In this document: in pieces, positions 42,291-51,081 of the stretch
Layout: every line of letters starts with the position of its first letter
Numbering within the stretch: the first letter of the stretch is position 1
Assembly: GCA_003222055.1 (NCBI GenBank)
Contig: QHUT01000053.1
Coordinates: 48,769 to 112,768 of the forward strand
Reading direction: 5' to 3'
From: Gemmatimonadota bacterium
GTDB taxonomy: Bacteria > Gemmatimonadota > Gemmatimonadetes > Gemmatimonadales > GWC2-71-9
DNA length: 64,000 nt
Translations under genes and position numbers: made by a program
Notes under the pieces: generated by a model
Seen by the model: the letters and a program-made list of their open reading frames with translations, nothing else
Databases searched by the model: none
Told to the model about the DNA's origin: nothing

Positions 42291-42793
42291 CAGAGCTTCC
42301 GCTTGGCGAGCACGACCGCGCCGACGATCGCCGCCAGGAGGAGCAGGCTGGTGATCTCGAACGGGACGAGGTACGCGGTGAACAGCGGCCGCGCGACCGT
42401 CGGGATCATCCCCTGCTCCGTTGTCGCGCGTGCGGGGCCGCCCGCGGCGGGGCCCGCCTGACGCAGCACCAGCAGTTGCACGAGGAGCAGGCCGGCCAGC
42501 AGGACGCCCACGCCCAGCCCGAGCGGACCCTTCAGATCCGTCGGCCCGGCGCGGCCCAGGTTGAGGAGCATGATCACGAACAGGAAGAGCACCATGATCG
42601 CGCCGGCGTACACCAGCACCTGCAGCACGGCGATGAACTGGGCATCGAGCAGCACGAACAGGGCGGCGAGCGAGAACAGCGTGGCGACCAGCCACAGCGC
42701 GCTGGCGACGGGATTGCGACGCGTGATGCAGAGCCCCGCGCTTGCGATCGCGAGCACCGCGAAGCCGCCGAACAGGATCCGCGTACCGTCCAT
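42290..42793 (-). CDS. nuoJ: NADH-quinone oxidoreductase subunit J
   Basis: [30 protein letters not shown]. Confidence 0.96.
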   Translation of the reverse strand: MDGTRILFGGFAVLAIASAGLCITRRNPVASALWLVATLFSLAALFVLLDAQFIAVLQVLVYAGAIMVLFLFVIMLLNLGRAGPTDLKGPLGLGVGVLLAGLLLVQLLVLRQAGPAAGGPARATTEQGMIPTVARPLFTAYLVPFEITSLLLLAAIVGAVVLAKRKL

Positions 42794-42794
42794 G

Positions 42795-43301
42795 CTACTC
42801 GCCCTTGGGGTCCGAGGGGTCCCACAACGTCGAGACGGGGTGCGTCTGGGCGCACAGCCGCTCGAGGTCGTACACGAACCGGTCGCGCGAAAACTCCGAG
42901 TTCTCGTAGTGGACGCCCACGTGGATCGCCTCTTCGGGGCAGACTTCCTGGCAATACCCGCAGAACACGCAGCGGAATTCGTCGATCTCGTAAATGAGCG
43001 GGTAGCGGTTGCCCGCCTCGTCTTCTCCGGGCACGAGCTTGATGCAGTTCGCGGGACAGATTTGGGGGCACAGCCCGCAGGCGACGCACTTGGCGCGTCC
43101 CTGCTCGTCGGTGAGCATGCGGTGCGTGCCGCGCCACCGGGGGGACAGCGTCCAGTCCTGGCTGCTCTTCTCCTCGGGATACTGCATCGTCACCTTGGGC
43201 CGGAACAGATGCTGCAGGGTGAGGGCCATGCCCTGGAGGGTCGCCCGGACGTAGGACACCTTCGTGCCCGGCCGCTTCATCACCTTGACGCCGATCGCCA
43301 T
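42795..43301 (-). CDS. nuoI: NADH-quinone oxidoreductase subunit I
   Basis: QYPEE, CVACGLCPQICP, CVFCGYCQEVCP. Confidence 0.97.
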   Translation of the reverse strand: MAIGVKVMKRPGTKVSYVRATLQGMALTLQHLFRPKVTMQYPEEKSSQDWTLSPRWRGTHRMLTDEQGRAKCVACGLCPQICPANCIKLVPGEDEAGNRYPLIYEIDEFRCVFCGYCQEVCPEEAIHVGVHYENSEFSRDRFVYDLERLCAQTHPVSTLWDPSDPKGE

Positions 43302-44464
43302 CAGGCCTCCACCACGGAGCCCGCGACGATGCGGCCACGGTCGAGCACGAAGAACAGCGGCACCGCGAGCACCAGGTTCAGCGCGAACAGCGCCAGGGCG
43401 AAGCGCGTGTCGTACGTCCAGCCGAGGCCGTCGTGCAGGAACCAGATGGCGGTCGCGATCACCGTCACGTAGGTGAGCGCCAACGGCAGCATCACCTTCC
43501 ACCCCAGCGCCATCAGCTGATCGTACCGGAAGCGCGGCAAGGTCCAGCGCACCCAGATGTAGAGGAACAAGAAGAGAACCACCTTCGCCGAAAACATCGT
43601 GAGCGTGGCGAGGGTCTTGAGTATCGTCCACGGTGGGGTGTTGTCCCACGTCGTGAACGGGATATCCCAGCCGCCGAAAAACAGCGTGGTCATCAGGGCC
43701 GACGCGGTCACCATGTTCGAGTACTCGGCGATGTAGAACATCGAGAACTTCATGGCGCTGTACTCGGTGTGATAGCCGGCGATCAGCTCGCCCTCTGCCT
43801 CCGGCAGGTCGAACGGCAGCCGGTTGGTCTCGGCGAAGGCCGCCACGAGGAAAATGAAGTACGCGAGCGAGAGTGGGAACACGTTCCAGGTGAACAGCGA
43901 CTGGGATTGTTTCGCGATCACGTCCGTGAGCGTCACGTTGCCGGCGATGAGCAGCACGGCCACGGTGCTCAGGCCCATCGCGATCTCGTAGGAGATCATC
44001 TGCGCGGTCGCCCGCAAGCCGCCCAGCAGCGAATACTTGTTGTTCGACGACCAGCCTGCCAGCACGATGCCGTACACGCCGAGCGACCCGAAGGCGAGGA
44101 TGTACAGGAATCCGACGGGCAGGTCGGCCACGACCATGTCCACGTCGCCCCACCGGGTGGGGAGCGGCGTGGCGAACGGGATCACCGCGAACGTGAGGAG
44201 CGCCGGGACGAACGACATGGTCGGGGCGAGCATGAAGAGCACCCGGTCCGCCTGCGCGGGAAGCGTTTCCTCCTTCACGAGGTTCTTCAGGCCGTCGGCG
44301 GCGGGCTGGAGCAACCCCTGGGGGCCCACCCGGTTCGGGCCGAGGCGGTCCTGCATCCAGGCGCAGATGCGCCGCTCGGCGAGCGTGAGCAGCGCCACGC
44401 CCACCATGATCACCGTGAACACCACGATGATCTTGATGGCGGACGCGACCAGGAAGACGCTCAT
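43301..44464 (-). CDS. nuoH: NADH-quinone oxidoreductase subunit H
   Basis: QDRLGPNRVGP, AETNRLPFDLPEAE, RFRYDQLM. Confidence 0.97.
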   Translation of the reverse strand: MSVFLVASAIKIIVVFTVIMVGVALLTLAERRICAWMQDRLGPNRVGPQGLLQPAADGLKNLVKEETLPAQADRVLFMLAPTMSFVPALLTFAVIPFATPLPTRWGDVDMVVADLPVGFLYILAFGSLGVYGIVLAGWSSNNKYSLLGGLRATAQMISYEIAMGLSTVAVLLIAGNVTLTDVIAKQSQSLFTWNVFPLSLAYFIFLVAAFAETNRLPFDLPEAEGELIAGYHTEYSAMKFSMFYIAEYSNMVTASALMTTLFFGGWDIPFTTWDNTPPWTILKTLATLTMFSAKVVLFLFLYIWVRWTLPRFRYDQLMALGWKVMLPLALTYVTVIATAIWFLHDGLGWTYDTRFALALFALNLVLAVPLFFVLDRGRIVAGSVVEA

Positions 44465-46011
44465 ACCGCGACCGGTACGGCCGCGGGCTTCCCGACGAAC
44501 CCCAGCTGCTCGTAGGACAGGCCGCGGAGGGCGTCGATCGCCTGCGCCACGCGCTCGAACGCCTCGGCCGCGCTGCCGACAGGCTCGCCGTGGCCCAGCG
44601 CCGCCCCCAGTTCGGAGAACACCCACCAGGCGGGCCGCGCCATGCCCGGCGCCGGCTTGGCCTGCGCGTAGCGTTGCACCCGGCCGTCCCGGTTCACGAA
44701 GCTCCCGTCCTCCTCAGCGACGTTCGCAATCGGCAGCACGACTTCGGCGTCACGTGCGCGCTCGGGGAGCACCGTTCCCACATAGATGAGCGTGCCTGCG
44801 CGCACCGGAATGTCTGGCTCGTCGAGCACCAGCACGACGGCGGCCGATTGGGCCGCCGCCAGCGCGGCCGCGTACTCACGACCGTAGCCGAGCAGCTCGG
44901 CGCCCCGCCCGTTGGGCGCCCGCTCGGCGCGCAGCGCGAGGTCCGGCACGCCCGCGAGCGGCGCCTCCTCGCCCATCACCACCTGGAACGCCCCCGTCCA
45001 GTCGAGGCCCCGGAACAGCTCGCGCGCGAAAAACAGCGCCTCCGTGGACGCCCGCGGAGACACCAGCGACACGACCCGCGGGCCCGCCCCCCGCAGCGTG
45101 GTCGTCACGCGCTCCAACGCGTCCTGCCAGTCCGTGGCGTGCAGCTCGCCACCGCGCTTGACGAGCGGGGCCTCGATCCGGTCGCCGCGGTTCATCCAGC
45201 GGTAGTTCATGCGGCCGTGGTCGCAGATGAAGTAGCGGTTCACCTCGAGGTTCGGTCGCGGGCGCACGCGCACGACGACGTTCTCGCGCGTGTCGAGTGT
45301 GACGTTGCATCCCTGCGAGCAACCGGTACAGAGGGAGGCGGTCTTGTCGAGCTCCCAGGCGCGCGCCTTGTGCAGGAAGTCCTTGGACAGGAGCGAGCCC
45401 ACCGGGCACAGATCGACCACGTTCCCTGCCCACGGGTGGTCGAGCCGGGTCTCCGGGTGCACGCCGATGTAGGCCCGATCCCCGCGCTCCGACACGTTCA
45501 GCACGGGCTCCCGGGCGACATCCTCCATGAACCGCACGCAGCGCGTGCACAGAATGCACCGGTTGGGCACGTACAACACGTCGGGGCCGAAGTCTTCGAC
45601 CGGGTTGAAGCGCTTGGGATAATCGGGGCTGTACCGTGTCCCCGCGCGGCCCTCCTGGAAGGTGAAGTCCTGCAGCTCGCACTCGCCGGCCTGATCGCAA
45701 ATCGGGCAATCGAGCGGATGGTTGATGAGCAGGAACTCGAGCACGCCGGTGCGGGCGCTCTTGGCCGCGGCGGACTGCGTTTTCACCACCATCCCTTCGG
45801 CGACCTGGGTGGCACACGAGATGGCCAGCTTGGGCTGCTTCTCGATCTCGACCAGACACATGCGGCACACGCCCGCCACCGGCAGACCGGGGTGGTAGCA
45901 GTAGTGTGGGACCAGTACCCCCGCCTGCTTCGCGGCCTCGATGACGAGCATGCCCTTCGAGACGCTGACCGGGACGCCGTCGATTGTCAGATTGACGAGC
46001 TCTTCAGGCAT
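44461..46011 (-). CDS. nuoG: NADH-quinone oxidoreductase subunit G (short form)
   Basis: HYCYHP..CRMCLVE, HPLDCPICDQAGEC, RCILCTRC, CTGCSQGC; 516 aa. Confidence 0.95.
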   Translation of the reverse strand: MPEELVNLTIDGVPVSVSKGMLVIEAAKQAGVLVPHYCYHPGLPVAGVCRMCLVEIEKQPKLAISCATQVAEGMVVKTQSAAAKSARTGVLEFLLINHPLDCPICDQAGECELQDFTFQEGRAGTRYSPDYPKRFNPVEDFGPDVLYVPNRCILCTRCVRFMEDVAREPVLNVSERGDRAYIGVHPETRLDHPWAGNVVDLCPVGSLLSKDFLHKARAWELDKTASLCTGCSQGCNVTLDTRENVVVRVRPRPNLEVNRYFICDHGRMNYRWMNRGDRIEAPLVKRGGELHATDWQDALERVTTTLRGAGPRVVSLVSPRASTEALFFARELFRGLDWTGAFQVVMGEEAPLAGVPDLALRAERAPNGRGAELLGYGREYAAALAAAQSAAVVLVLDEPDIPVRAGTLIYVGTVLPERARDAEVVLPIANVAEEDGSFVNRDGRVQRYAQAKPAPGMARPAWWVFSELGAALGHGEPVGSAAEAFERVAQAIDALRGLSYEQLGFVGKPAAVPVAV

Positions 46012-46051
46012 TACCCTTCCCTCTTCTCTCGTCCCCCGTCCCCGTCGTCAT
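46004..46051 (-). CDS. Putative coupling-relay mini-ORF, 15 aa (MTTGTGDERRGKGNA)
   Basis: ATG overlaps nuoF TGA (ATGA); its stop overlaps nuoG start (ATGCCTGA). Confidence 0.4.
   Translation of the reverse strand: MTTGTGDERRGKGNA
46016..46043. repeat. Second heptamer family: CTTCCCT CTTCTCT CGTCCCC CGTCCCC
   Basis: Four 7-nt units fill most of the nuoF-nuoG gap. Confidence 0.65.
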
Positions 46052-47328
46052 GCCACCATCACCGGCTTGCGTCGCCCTGCGATGTAATCCTCGAACTCGC
46101 TTCTGAACTTCTTGATCCCCGAGACGACGGGCGCGGCGCACGAGTCCGACAGCACGCAGATCGTCTTGCCCGTCATGTTCTCCGAGAGGTCGAGCAGCAG
46201 GTCCAGGTCGGCCGTCTTGCCCTGCCCGGCCAGGATGCGCTCGAGGATCTTGGTGGTCCACGCCGTGCCCTCGCGGCACTGGGTGCATTGCGCGCACGAC
46301 TCGTGGGCGTAGAAGCGGGCCAGCCGCATGATCTGGTACACCATGTCCGTCGAGTCATCGAACACGATGACGCCTCCCGAGCCGAGCATCGAGCCCCGCT
46401 CGACGACGCCTTCGTAGTCGAGGAGGCAGCTCTCGGTCTCCGCCCGGTCGAGAATCGGCACCGACGAGCCCCCGGGGATGCACGCCTTGAGCGTCCGGCC
46501 GGGACGCATGCCGCCGCACAGCTCGTACACCAGGTCCTTCAGCGGAAATCCCAACGTCACCTCGTAGTTTCCCGGCTGCTGCACGTGGCCGCACACCGAG
46601 AAGAGCTTCGTGCCGGTGCTCTTGGGCGACGAGAGCGACAGACCCTTGTACCAGACGGCGCCCTTGGTGAGGATGTGCGGCACGGCGGCGAGGGTCTCGA
46701 CGTTGTTGATCGTGGTGGGCATGCCGAACACGCCGGCGGCCGCGGGAAACGGCGGCTTGATCCGGGGGTTGCCGCGCTTCCCCTCGATCGAGCTCATGAG
46801 CGCCGTCTCTTCGCCGCAGATGTAGGCACCCGCGCCGCGGTGCAGATGGATCTTGAGCTTGCCGAATACGCCGGCGGACCGGGCATCGGTGAGGGCCTTG
46901 TCCATGATCGCCAGCGGCTCGGTGAACTCGCCGCGGATGTAGATGTAGGCCACCTCGGCCTGGATCGCGTGCGCGGCGATGGCCGTGCCCTCGAGCAGGG
47001 CGTGCGGCGTCCACCGCATGATTTCGCGGTCCTTGAACGTCCCCGGCTCGGATTCGTCCGCGTTCACGCACAGGTAGTGCGGTTTCTTCTTCTCCTTGGG
47101 CATGAACGACCACTTGAGCCCCGTGGGGAAGCCGGCGCCCCCGCGCCCGCGCAGCCCCGAGTCCTTCACGATGTCGACGACCCGCGCGGGCTCCATCGCG
47201 CGCGCCTGCTCGAGCGCGGCGTACCCCCCGCGCTTCACCCACCCCTTGTAGTTGCGCGCATCCGCCTCGCCGAAGTAGCGGGAGAGGAGCACGGTCTCTT
47301 TGGGATGCGGTTTGTGGGGGAAGCCCAT
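46048..47328 (-). CDS. nuoF: NADH-quinone oxidoreductase subunit F
   Basis: GLRGRGGAGFPTG, NADESEPGTFKD, GAGAYICGEET, ESCAQCTQCREG. Confidence 0.98.
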   Translation of the reverse strand: MGFPHKPHPKETVLLSRYFGEADARNYKGWVKRGGYAALEQARAMEPARVVDIVKDSGLRGRGGAGFPTGLKWSFMPKEKKKPHYLCVNADESEPGTFKDREIMRWTPHALLEGTAIAAHAIQAEVAYIYIRGEFTEPLAIMDKALTDARSAGVFGKLKIHLHRGAGAYICGEETALMSSIEGKRGNPRIKPPFPAAAGVFGMPTTINNVETLAAVPHILTKGAVWYKGLSLSSPKSTGTKLFSVCGHVQQPGNYEVTLGFPLKDLVYELCGGMRPGRTLKACIPGGSSVPILDRAETESCLLDYEGVVERGSMLGSGGVIVFDDSTDMVYQIMRLARFYAHESCAQCTQCREGTAWTTKILERILAGQGKTADLDLLLDLSENMTGKTICVLSDSCAAPVVSGIKKFRSEFEDYIAGRRKPVMVA

Positions 47329-47468
47329 CACGAAACCTCATTGCGGATTGCGGATTGCGGATTGCGGATTGGCACGGCCGGGTCCGATGCTCCACGCCGG
47401 CCTTCGGGCTCGACGAGCGCGCGGTCAAGTCCGCAATCCGCAATCCGCAATCCGCAATCGTCGTTCAC
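47328..47468 (-). CDS. Putative coupling-relay mini-ORF, 46 aa (MNDDCGLRIADCGLDRALVEPEGRRGASDPAVPIRNPQSAIRNEVS)
   Basis: GTG overlaps nuoE TGA (GTGA, SD GAGG upstream); its TGA overlaps nuoF ATG (TGATG). Confidence 0.5.
   Translation of the reverse strand: MNDDCGLRIADCGLDRALVEPEGRRGASDPAVPIRNPQSAIRNEVS
47340..47460. repeat. Inverted heptamer array (GATTGCG)4.5-57 nt-(CGCAATC)4.5
   Basis: Read directly from sequence. Confidence 0.95.
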
Positions 47469-47986
47469 TTGTACTTCCTCACGAGCTCCGGAACCCTGTC
47501 CGGCGTGACGGACTCAATGAAGTCGTCGTCCACCAGCACGGGCGTCGCGAACCCGCAGGCGCCGAGGCACTCCACCTCGATCACGGTCCACTTGCCGTCC
47601 GGGCTCGTGGCGCCGAGCTCCTTGGCTCCGGTCGCCTCGAGCAGCGCCTGCACCACCGCCTCGGCACCGCAGATGTTGCAAGGCGACGTGGTGCACACCT
47701 GGACGAAGTGCCTCCCGACAGGATGCTGGTGGTACATGGTGTAGAACGTGACCACGCCCTTGACGTAGGCGGGCGTCAGCCCCAGCACTTCGGCGACTTC
47801 CGCCATGTTGCGGTCCGAGATCCAGCCGCGCGCCCGCTGCACCAGCCACAGCGCCGGCAAGAGCGCCGCCTGCCTGGTGGGGTAGCGCGCCAGGATTTCG
47901 TTGAGCTGCTCGAGCATCTGTTCGGTGAAGACGGGCTGGTACTCCTCCGTGCCCGCTGGCTGAGACGGATGCGCGCCGACACTCAT
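47465..47986 (-). CDS. nuoE: NADH-quinone oxidoreductase subunit E
   Basis: VVTFYTMY, VCTTSPC, ECLGACG. Confidence 0.96.
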   Translation of the reverse strand: MSVGAHPSQPAGTEEYQPVFTEQMLEQLNEILARYPTRQAALLPALWLVQRARGWISDRNMAEVAEVLGLTPAYVKGVVTFYTMYHQHPVGRHFVQVCTTSPCNICGAEAVVQALLEATGAKELGATSPDGKWTVIEVECLGACGFATPVLVDDDFIESVTPDRVPELVRKYK

Positions 47987-49248
47987 CGATCCACCTCGCC
48001 CATGACGATGTCCACCGAGGCGTTGATCGCGATCAAGTCGCTCAACAGGTGCCCCGCCGCCATCCGCGGCAGGGCCGAGAGGTTGATGAACGAGGGGGGC
48101 CGAATGCGCCAGCGCACCGGTTTCGCCGTGCCGTCCGACACCAGGTAGGTGCCGAGCTCGCCCTTGGGGTTCTCGATCCCCACGTAGGCCTCGCCCACGG
48201 GCGCCTTCACGCCCTCCATGACCTGCTTGAAGTGGTAGATCATCGCCTCCATGTCGTTCATCGCCCGCGATTTGGGGGGGAGGATCACGCGCGGGTCGGC
48301 GATGTTGACCGGGCCGTCGGGCAGCCGATCGAGCGCCTGTTGAAGGATGCGGTTCGACTGGGAGCATTCCTCGAGACGCACGAGGTAGCGGTCGTACACG
48401 TCGCCGTGCTCGCCCACCACGACGTCGAAATCATAGGTCTCGTAGTCCAGATAGGGCTTGTCCTTGCGCACGTCGTAGGCTACGCCGCTCGCGCGCAGCA
48501 TCGGGCCGGAGAGCGAGTGGTTGATCGCCTCGCCCGCCGTGAGCACGCCGACGCCCTGGGTGCGACCGACCCACACGGCGTTGCGCGTCAGGACGCGGTC
48601 GATCTCGCTCAGCGTCTTGGGGAACGTCCGGGTGAAGTGGCGCAGCCCCGCGACGAAGTCGTCGGGCACGTCCGCCATCAGGCCGCCGACGCGTGTCACG
48701 CTGGTGGTGAGCCGGGCGCCCGTCCACATCTCCTGGAGATTGTAGATCCGCTCGCGCTCCTGGAATGCCCACAGGAACGGCGTGAACGCCCCCAGGTCGA
48801 TCGACGTCGTGCCGAGCCACACCATGTGGGAGATGATCCGGCTCATCTCGCACGCGATCACGCGCAACACGGTACAACGTGGCGTGATCGTGATCCCCAT
48901 GAGCTTCTCCGCCGCCAGCGCGAAGCCGACGTTGTTGGCCATGGGGGACAGGTAGTCCGTGCGGTCGGTGAGGGGGATGATCTGGTTGTAGTGCCGATAC
49001 TCGCCCAGCTTTTCGAAGCCGGAGTGGAGATACCCCAGGTGCGGGATCACCTGGACCACGGTCTCGCCGTCCAGCTCGACCACGAGCCGCAGCACCCCAT
49101 GTGTGGCGGGATGCTGCGGCCCGATATTGATGAGCATGTGCTCGGCGTCGAGGTTGGGCTCGGCCACGCCGAGCGGCACCCGCAGCGGCTCACCGCGGGC
49201 ATCCAGCCCGGGCGTCGCGAGCTCGAGCTCGACCGTGCGTTTGCTCAT
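47983..49248 (-). CDS. nuoD: NADH-quinone oxidoreductase subunit D
   Basis: NIGPQHPATHGVLRL, SGPMLRASG, ENPKGE, DIVMGEVDR. Confidence 0.98.
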   Translation of the reverse strand: MSKRTVELELATPGLDARGEPLRVPLGVAEPNLDAEHMLINIGPQHPATHGVLRLVVELDGETVVQVIPHLGYLHSGFEKLGEYRHYNQIIPLTDRTDYLSPMANNVGFALAAEKLMGITITPRCTVLRVIACEMSRIISHMVWLGTTSIDLGAFTPFLWAFQERERIYNLQEMWTGARLTTSVTRVGGLMADVPDDFVAGLRHFTRTFPKTLSEIDRVLTRNAVWVGRTQGVGVLTAGEAINHSLSGPMLRASGVAYDVRKDKPYLDYETYDFDVVVGEHGDVYDRYLVRLEECSQSNRILQQALDRLPDGPVNIADPRVILPPKSRAMNDMEAMIYHFKQVMEGVKAPVGEAYVGIENPKGELGTYLVSDGTAKPVRWRIRPPSFINLSALPRMAAGHLLSDLIAINASVDIVMGEVDR

Positions 49249-49862
49249 TCCGGCTCGGGGACCGTGCCGCGCTCGCCGCGGCGCAGCCGCTCCTTCATGT
49301 CCGCGGGGAGCTCCTCGTACGCTTCGGCGATCGACAGCTCTTCCATCGAGTAGTGCGCCTCGGGGTGGGCGGCCAACGCCTGGCGGACCTGCTCGGCGCG
49401 GCTGAACCGGCCGCGCAGCGGGAAGTCTTTGCGCAGCGGGAAGCCCTCGGCGTAGGTCTCCCACATGAGGATGCGGCGCAGGTCGGGGTGCCCCCGGAAG
49501 GTGATGCCGAACATGTCGTACACCTCCCGCTCGAGCCAGTCGGCGCCGCGCCACAACGGGACCACCGAGTCGACCGTGAGGTCACCCTGCGGCTCGAGCT
49601 CCACCTTGACGCGGAGGTCGGCGCGGCGCGCCAGTGAGCGCAGGCCGTACACCACCTCGAGCGGTCGCTCCCGGTCGCGATACTCGACGGCGGTGACGTC
49701 CACCAAATAATCGTAGGTGTGCTCGGGCGTGTCGCGCAGCCAGGCCATCACGTCGCGCAGCGCATCGCGCCCGACGTAGACGATCGTGTCGCCGCACGAC
49801 TCGAGCGCGCGGCCGATCGCGGTGCCGAACGTCGCCCGCAGCGCGTCGACGGAAGGGTTCAC
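49245..49862 (-). CDS. nuoC: NADH-quinone oxidoreductase subunit C
   Basis: [30 protein letters not shown]. Confidence 0.97.
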   Translation of the reverse strand: MNPSVDALRATFGTAIGRALESCGDTIVYVGRDALRDVMAWLRDTPEHTYDYLVDVTAVEYRDRERPLEVVYGLRSLARRADLRVKVELEPQGDLTVDSVVPLWRGADWLEREVYDMFGITFRGHPDLRRILMWETYAEGFPLRKDFPLRGRFSRAEQVRQALAAHPEAHYSMEELSIAEAYEELPADMKERLRRGERGTVPEPE

Positions 49863-50479
49863 GCCGAGCGGAACTGGTGGACGGAGTTCCCGAACGGCTC
49901 CGAGATCTCGTCGATCTCGCCGGGGGGGAGTCGCAAGCCGCGGTCGTCGAGCGGCTGCTCCTCGCGGCGCGGGACGCGATCGAACAGCGATTCACCCTTG
50001 ATCTTCTTGTGGAGGAGGAGCACCCCGTACAGCAGCCCCTCCGGACGCGGCGGGCAGCCGGGAACGTACACGTCCACCGGCACGATGGTATCGATCCCCT
50101 GCACCATCGCATAGTTGTCGAAGATGCCGCCGGTGGAGGCGCAGGCCCCCATCGAGATCACCCACTTGGGCTGCGGCATCTGGTCGTAGATGCGGCGGAT
50201 CACCGGCGCCAGCTTGAACGGCAGCCGGCCGGCGCAGATCAACACGTCCGCCTGGCGCGGTGAGAACGCCTGACGCTCCATCCCGAAGCGGGCGAAATCG
50301 TACCGGCTGGCGGCTGTGGCCATGAACTCGATGGCGCAGCAGGCCGTGCCGAAGGGCATGGGCCAGAGCGAGTTGGCACGCGAAGAGTTCACGGCCCAGT
50401 CCACGAGATCCTGAACCTTGGCGAGCAGGTAGTTCGGGCTCTGCCCGGATGTCTCTTTCGTCTCGATGACTCGCTTCAT
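49859..50479 (-). CDS. nuoB: NADH-quinone oxidoreductase subunit B
   Basis: [27 protein letters not shown]. Confidence 0.97.
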   Translation of the reverse strand: MKRVIETKETSGQSPNYLLAKVQDLVDWAVNSSRANSLWPMPFGTACCAIEFMATAASRYDFARFGMERQAFSPRQADVLICAGRLPFKLAPVIRRIYDQMPQPKWVISMGACASTGGIFDNYAMVQGIDTIVPVDVYVPGCPPRPEGLLYGVLLLHKKIKGESLFDRVPRREEQPLDDRGLRLPPGEIDEISEPFGNSVHQFRSA

Positions 50480-50595
50480 AGGTGAAATTCGTCCAGCGAA
50501 GTCGTCTCGCGACGACGTCTCGCGACGGCGTCTGGCGACGGCGTGCGACGTCCTTGTGCTACGTTCTCGCGTGACGCCTTCGCTTGACGTCTCAA
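50476..50595 (-). CDS. Putative coupling-relay mini-ORF, 39 aa ([39 protein letters not shown])
   Basis: TTG overlaps nuoA TGA (TTGA); its TGA overlaps nuoB ATG (ATGA); 40 codons with no internal stop. Confidence 0.45.
   Translation of the reverse strand: MRRQAKASRENVAQGRRTPSPDAVARRRRETTSLDEFHL
50500..50591. repeat. Imperfect 13-nt tandem array (GTCTCGCGACG(A/G)C) plus GTGCTACGT/GCGTGACGCC arm
   Basis: GTCTCGCGACGAC, GTCTCGCGACGGC, GTCTGGCGACGGC; motifs shared with 5990-6082. Confidence 0.7.
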
Positions 50596-50972
50596 TTCCA
50601 TTGTAACGCGCCGCGCTTCCATACGTACACGTAGCCGACGGCGAGAATCAGCATGAAGAGCAGCATCTCCACCAGCAGGAAGCCGGTGCTCGGGCCCCCC
50701 GTGGACCCGGCGCCATTCAGGTAGATCGTTGCCCAGGGAATGAGGAACACGGTCTCGATGTCGAAGATGATGAACAGCATCGCGACCAGGTAGAACTTCA
50801 CCGAGAAGCGCTCGTGCGCGCTACCGAGCGACGGCATGCCGCTCTCGTACGGACTGTCCTTCAGAGCCGTGGGCTTACGGGGGGCGAGCAGGTGCGACAG
50901 CCCGATCAACAGGACGGCGTTGAACGCGACGAAGCCGAGCAGCAGGAGGAAGGCGAGATAGGGCTGGTTCAT
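50592..50972 (-). CDS. nuoA: NADH-quinone oxidoreductase subunit A
   Basis: [27 protein letters not shown]. Confidence 0.97.
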   Translation of the reverse strand: MNQPYLAFLLLLGFVAFNAVLLIGLSHLLAPRKPTALKDSPYESGMPSLGSAHERFSVKFYLVAMLFIIFDIETVFLIPWATIYLNGAGSTGGPSTGFLLVEMLLFMLILAVGYVYVWKRGALQWN

Positions 50973-50976
50973 GAGT

Positions 50977-50994
50977 TCGTGAAAAAATTCACTT
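50977..50994. promoter_or_regulatory. Rex-type operator (TCGTGAA-AAAA-TTCACTT)
   Basis: Matches TTGTGAA-N4-TTCACAA with intact GTGAA/TTCAC core; AT-rich island 4 nt from the nuoA ATG. Confidence 0.7.
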
Positions 50995-51004
50995 GCCTCG
51001 CCGA

Positions 51005-51033
51005 AACGTATTCGCGCGCGCCAATGTTGTCAA
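51005..51033 (-). promoter_or_regulatory. sigma70 promoter TTGACA-17-TACGTT of the nuo operon
   Basis: Perfect -35, 17-nt spacer, TAnnnT -10. Confidence 0.8.
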
Positions 51034-51081
51034 CCGAATCGAGTGGCGTAAGTGTCGGTGCCACCGATATATTGGCGGCCC

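Noticed and set aside
44461-46011. nuoG as a truncated pseudogene
   Set aside because: The frame is intact and coupled to nuoH, and the Fe-S motifs are present; short NuoG forms occur in other phyla
22643-47460. Heptamer arrays as CRISPR arrays
   Set aside because: The repeats are tandem 7-mers in inverted arms, not direct repeats with serial spacers; no cas genes
32498-47508. Very long alternative ORFs (e.g. 32498-35749, 32803-35430, 39109-42123, 44590-47508; also 20533-22857)
   Set aside because: Antisense or off-frame shadows of real genes in high-GC DNA; R/G/A/P-rich with no motifs
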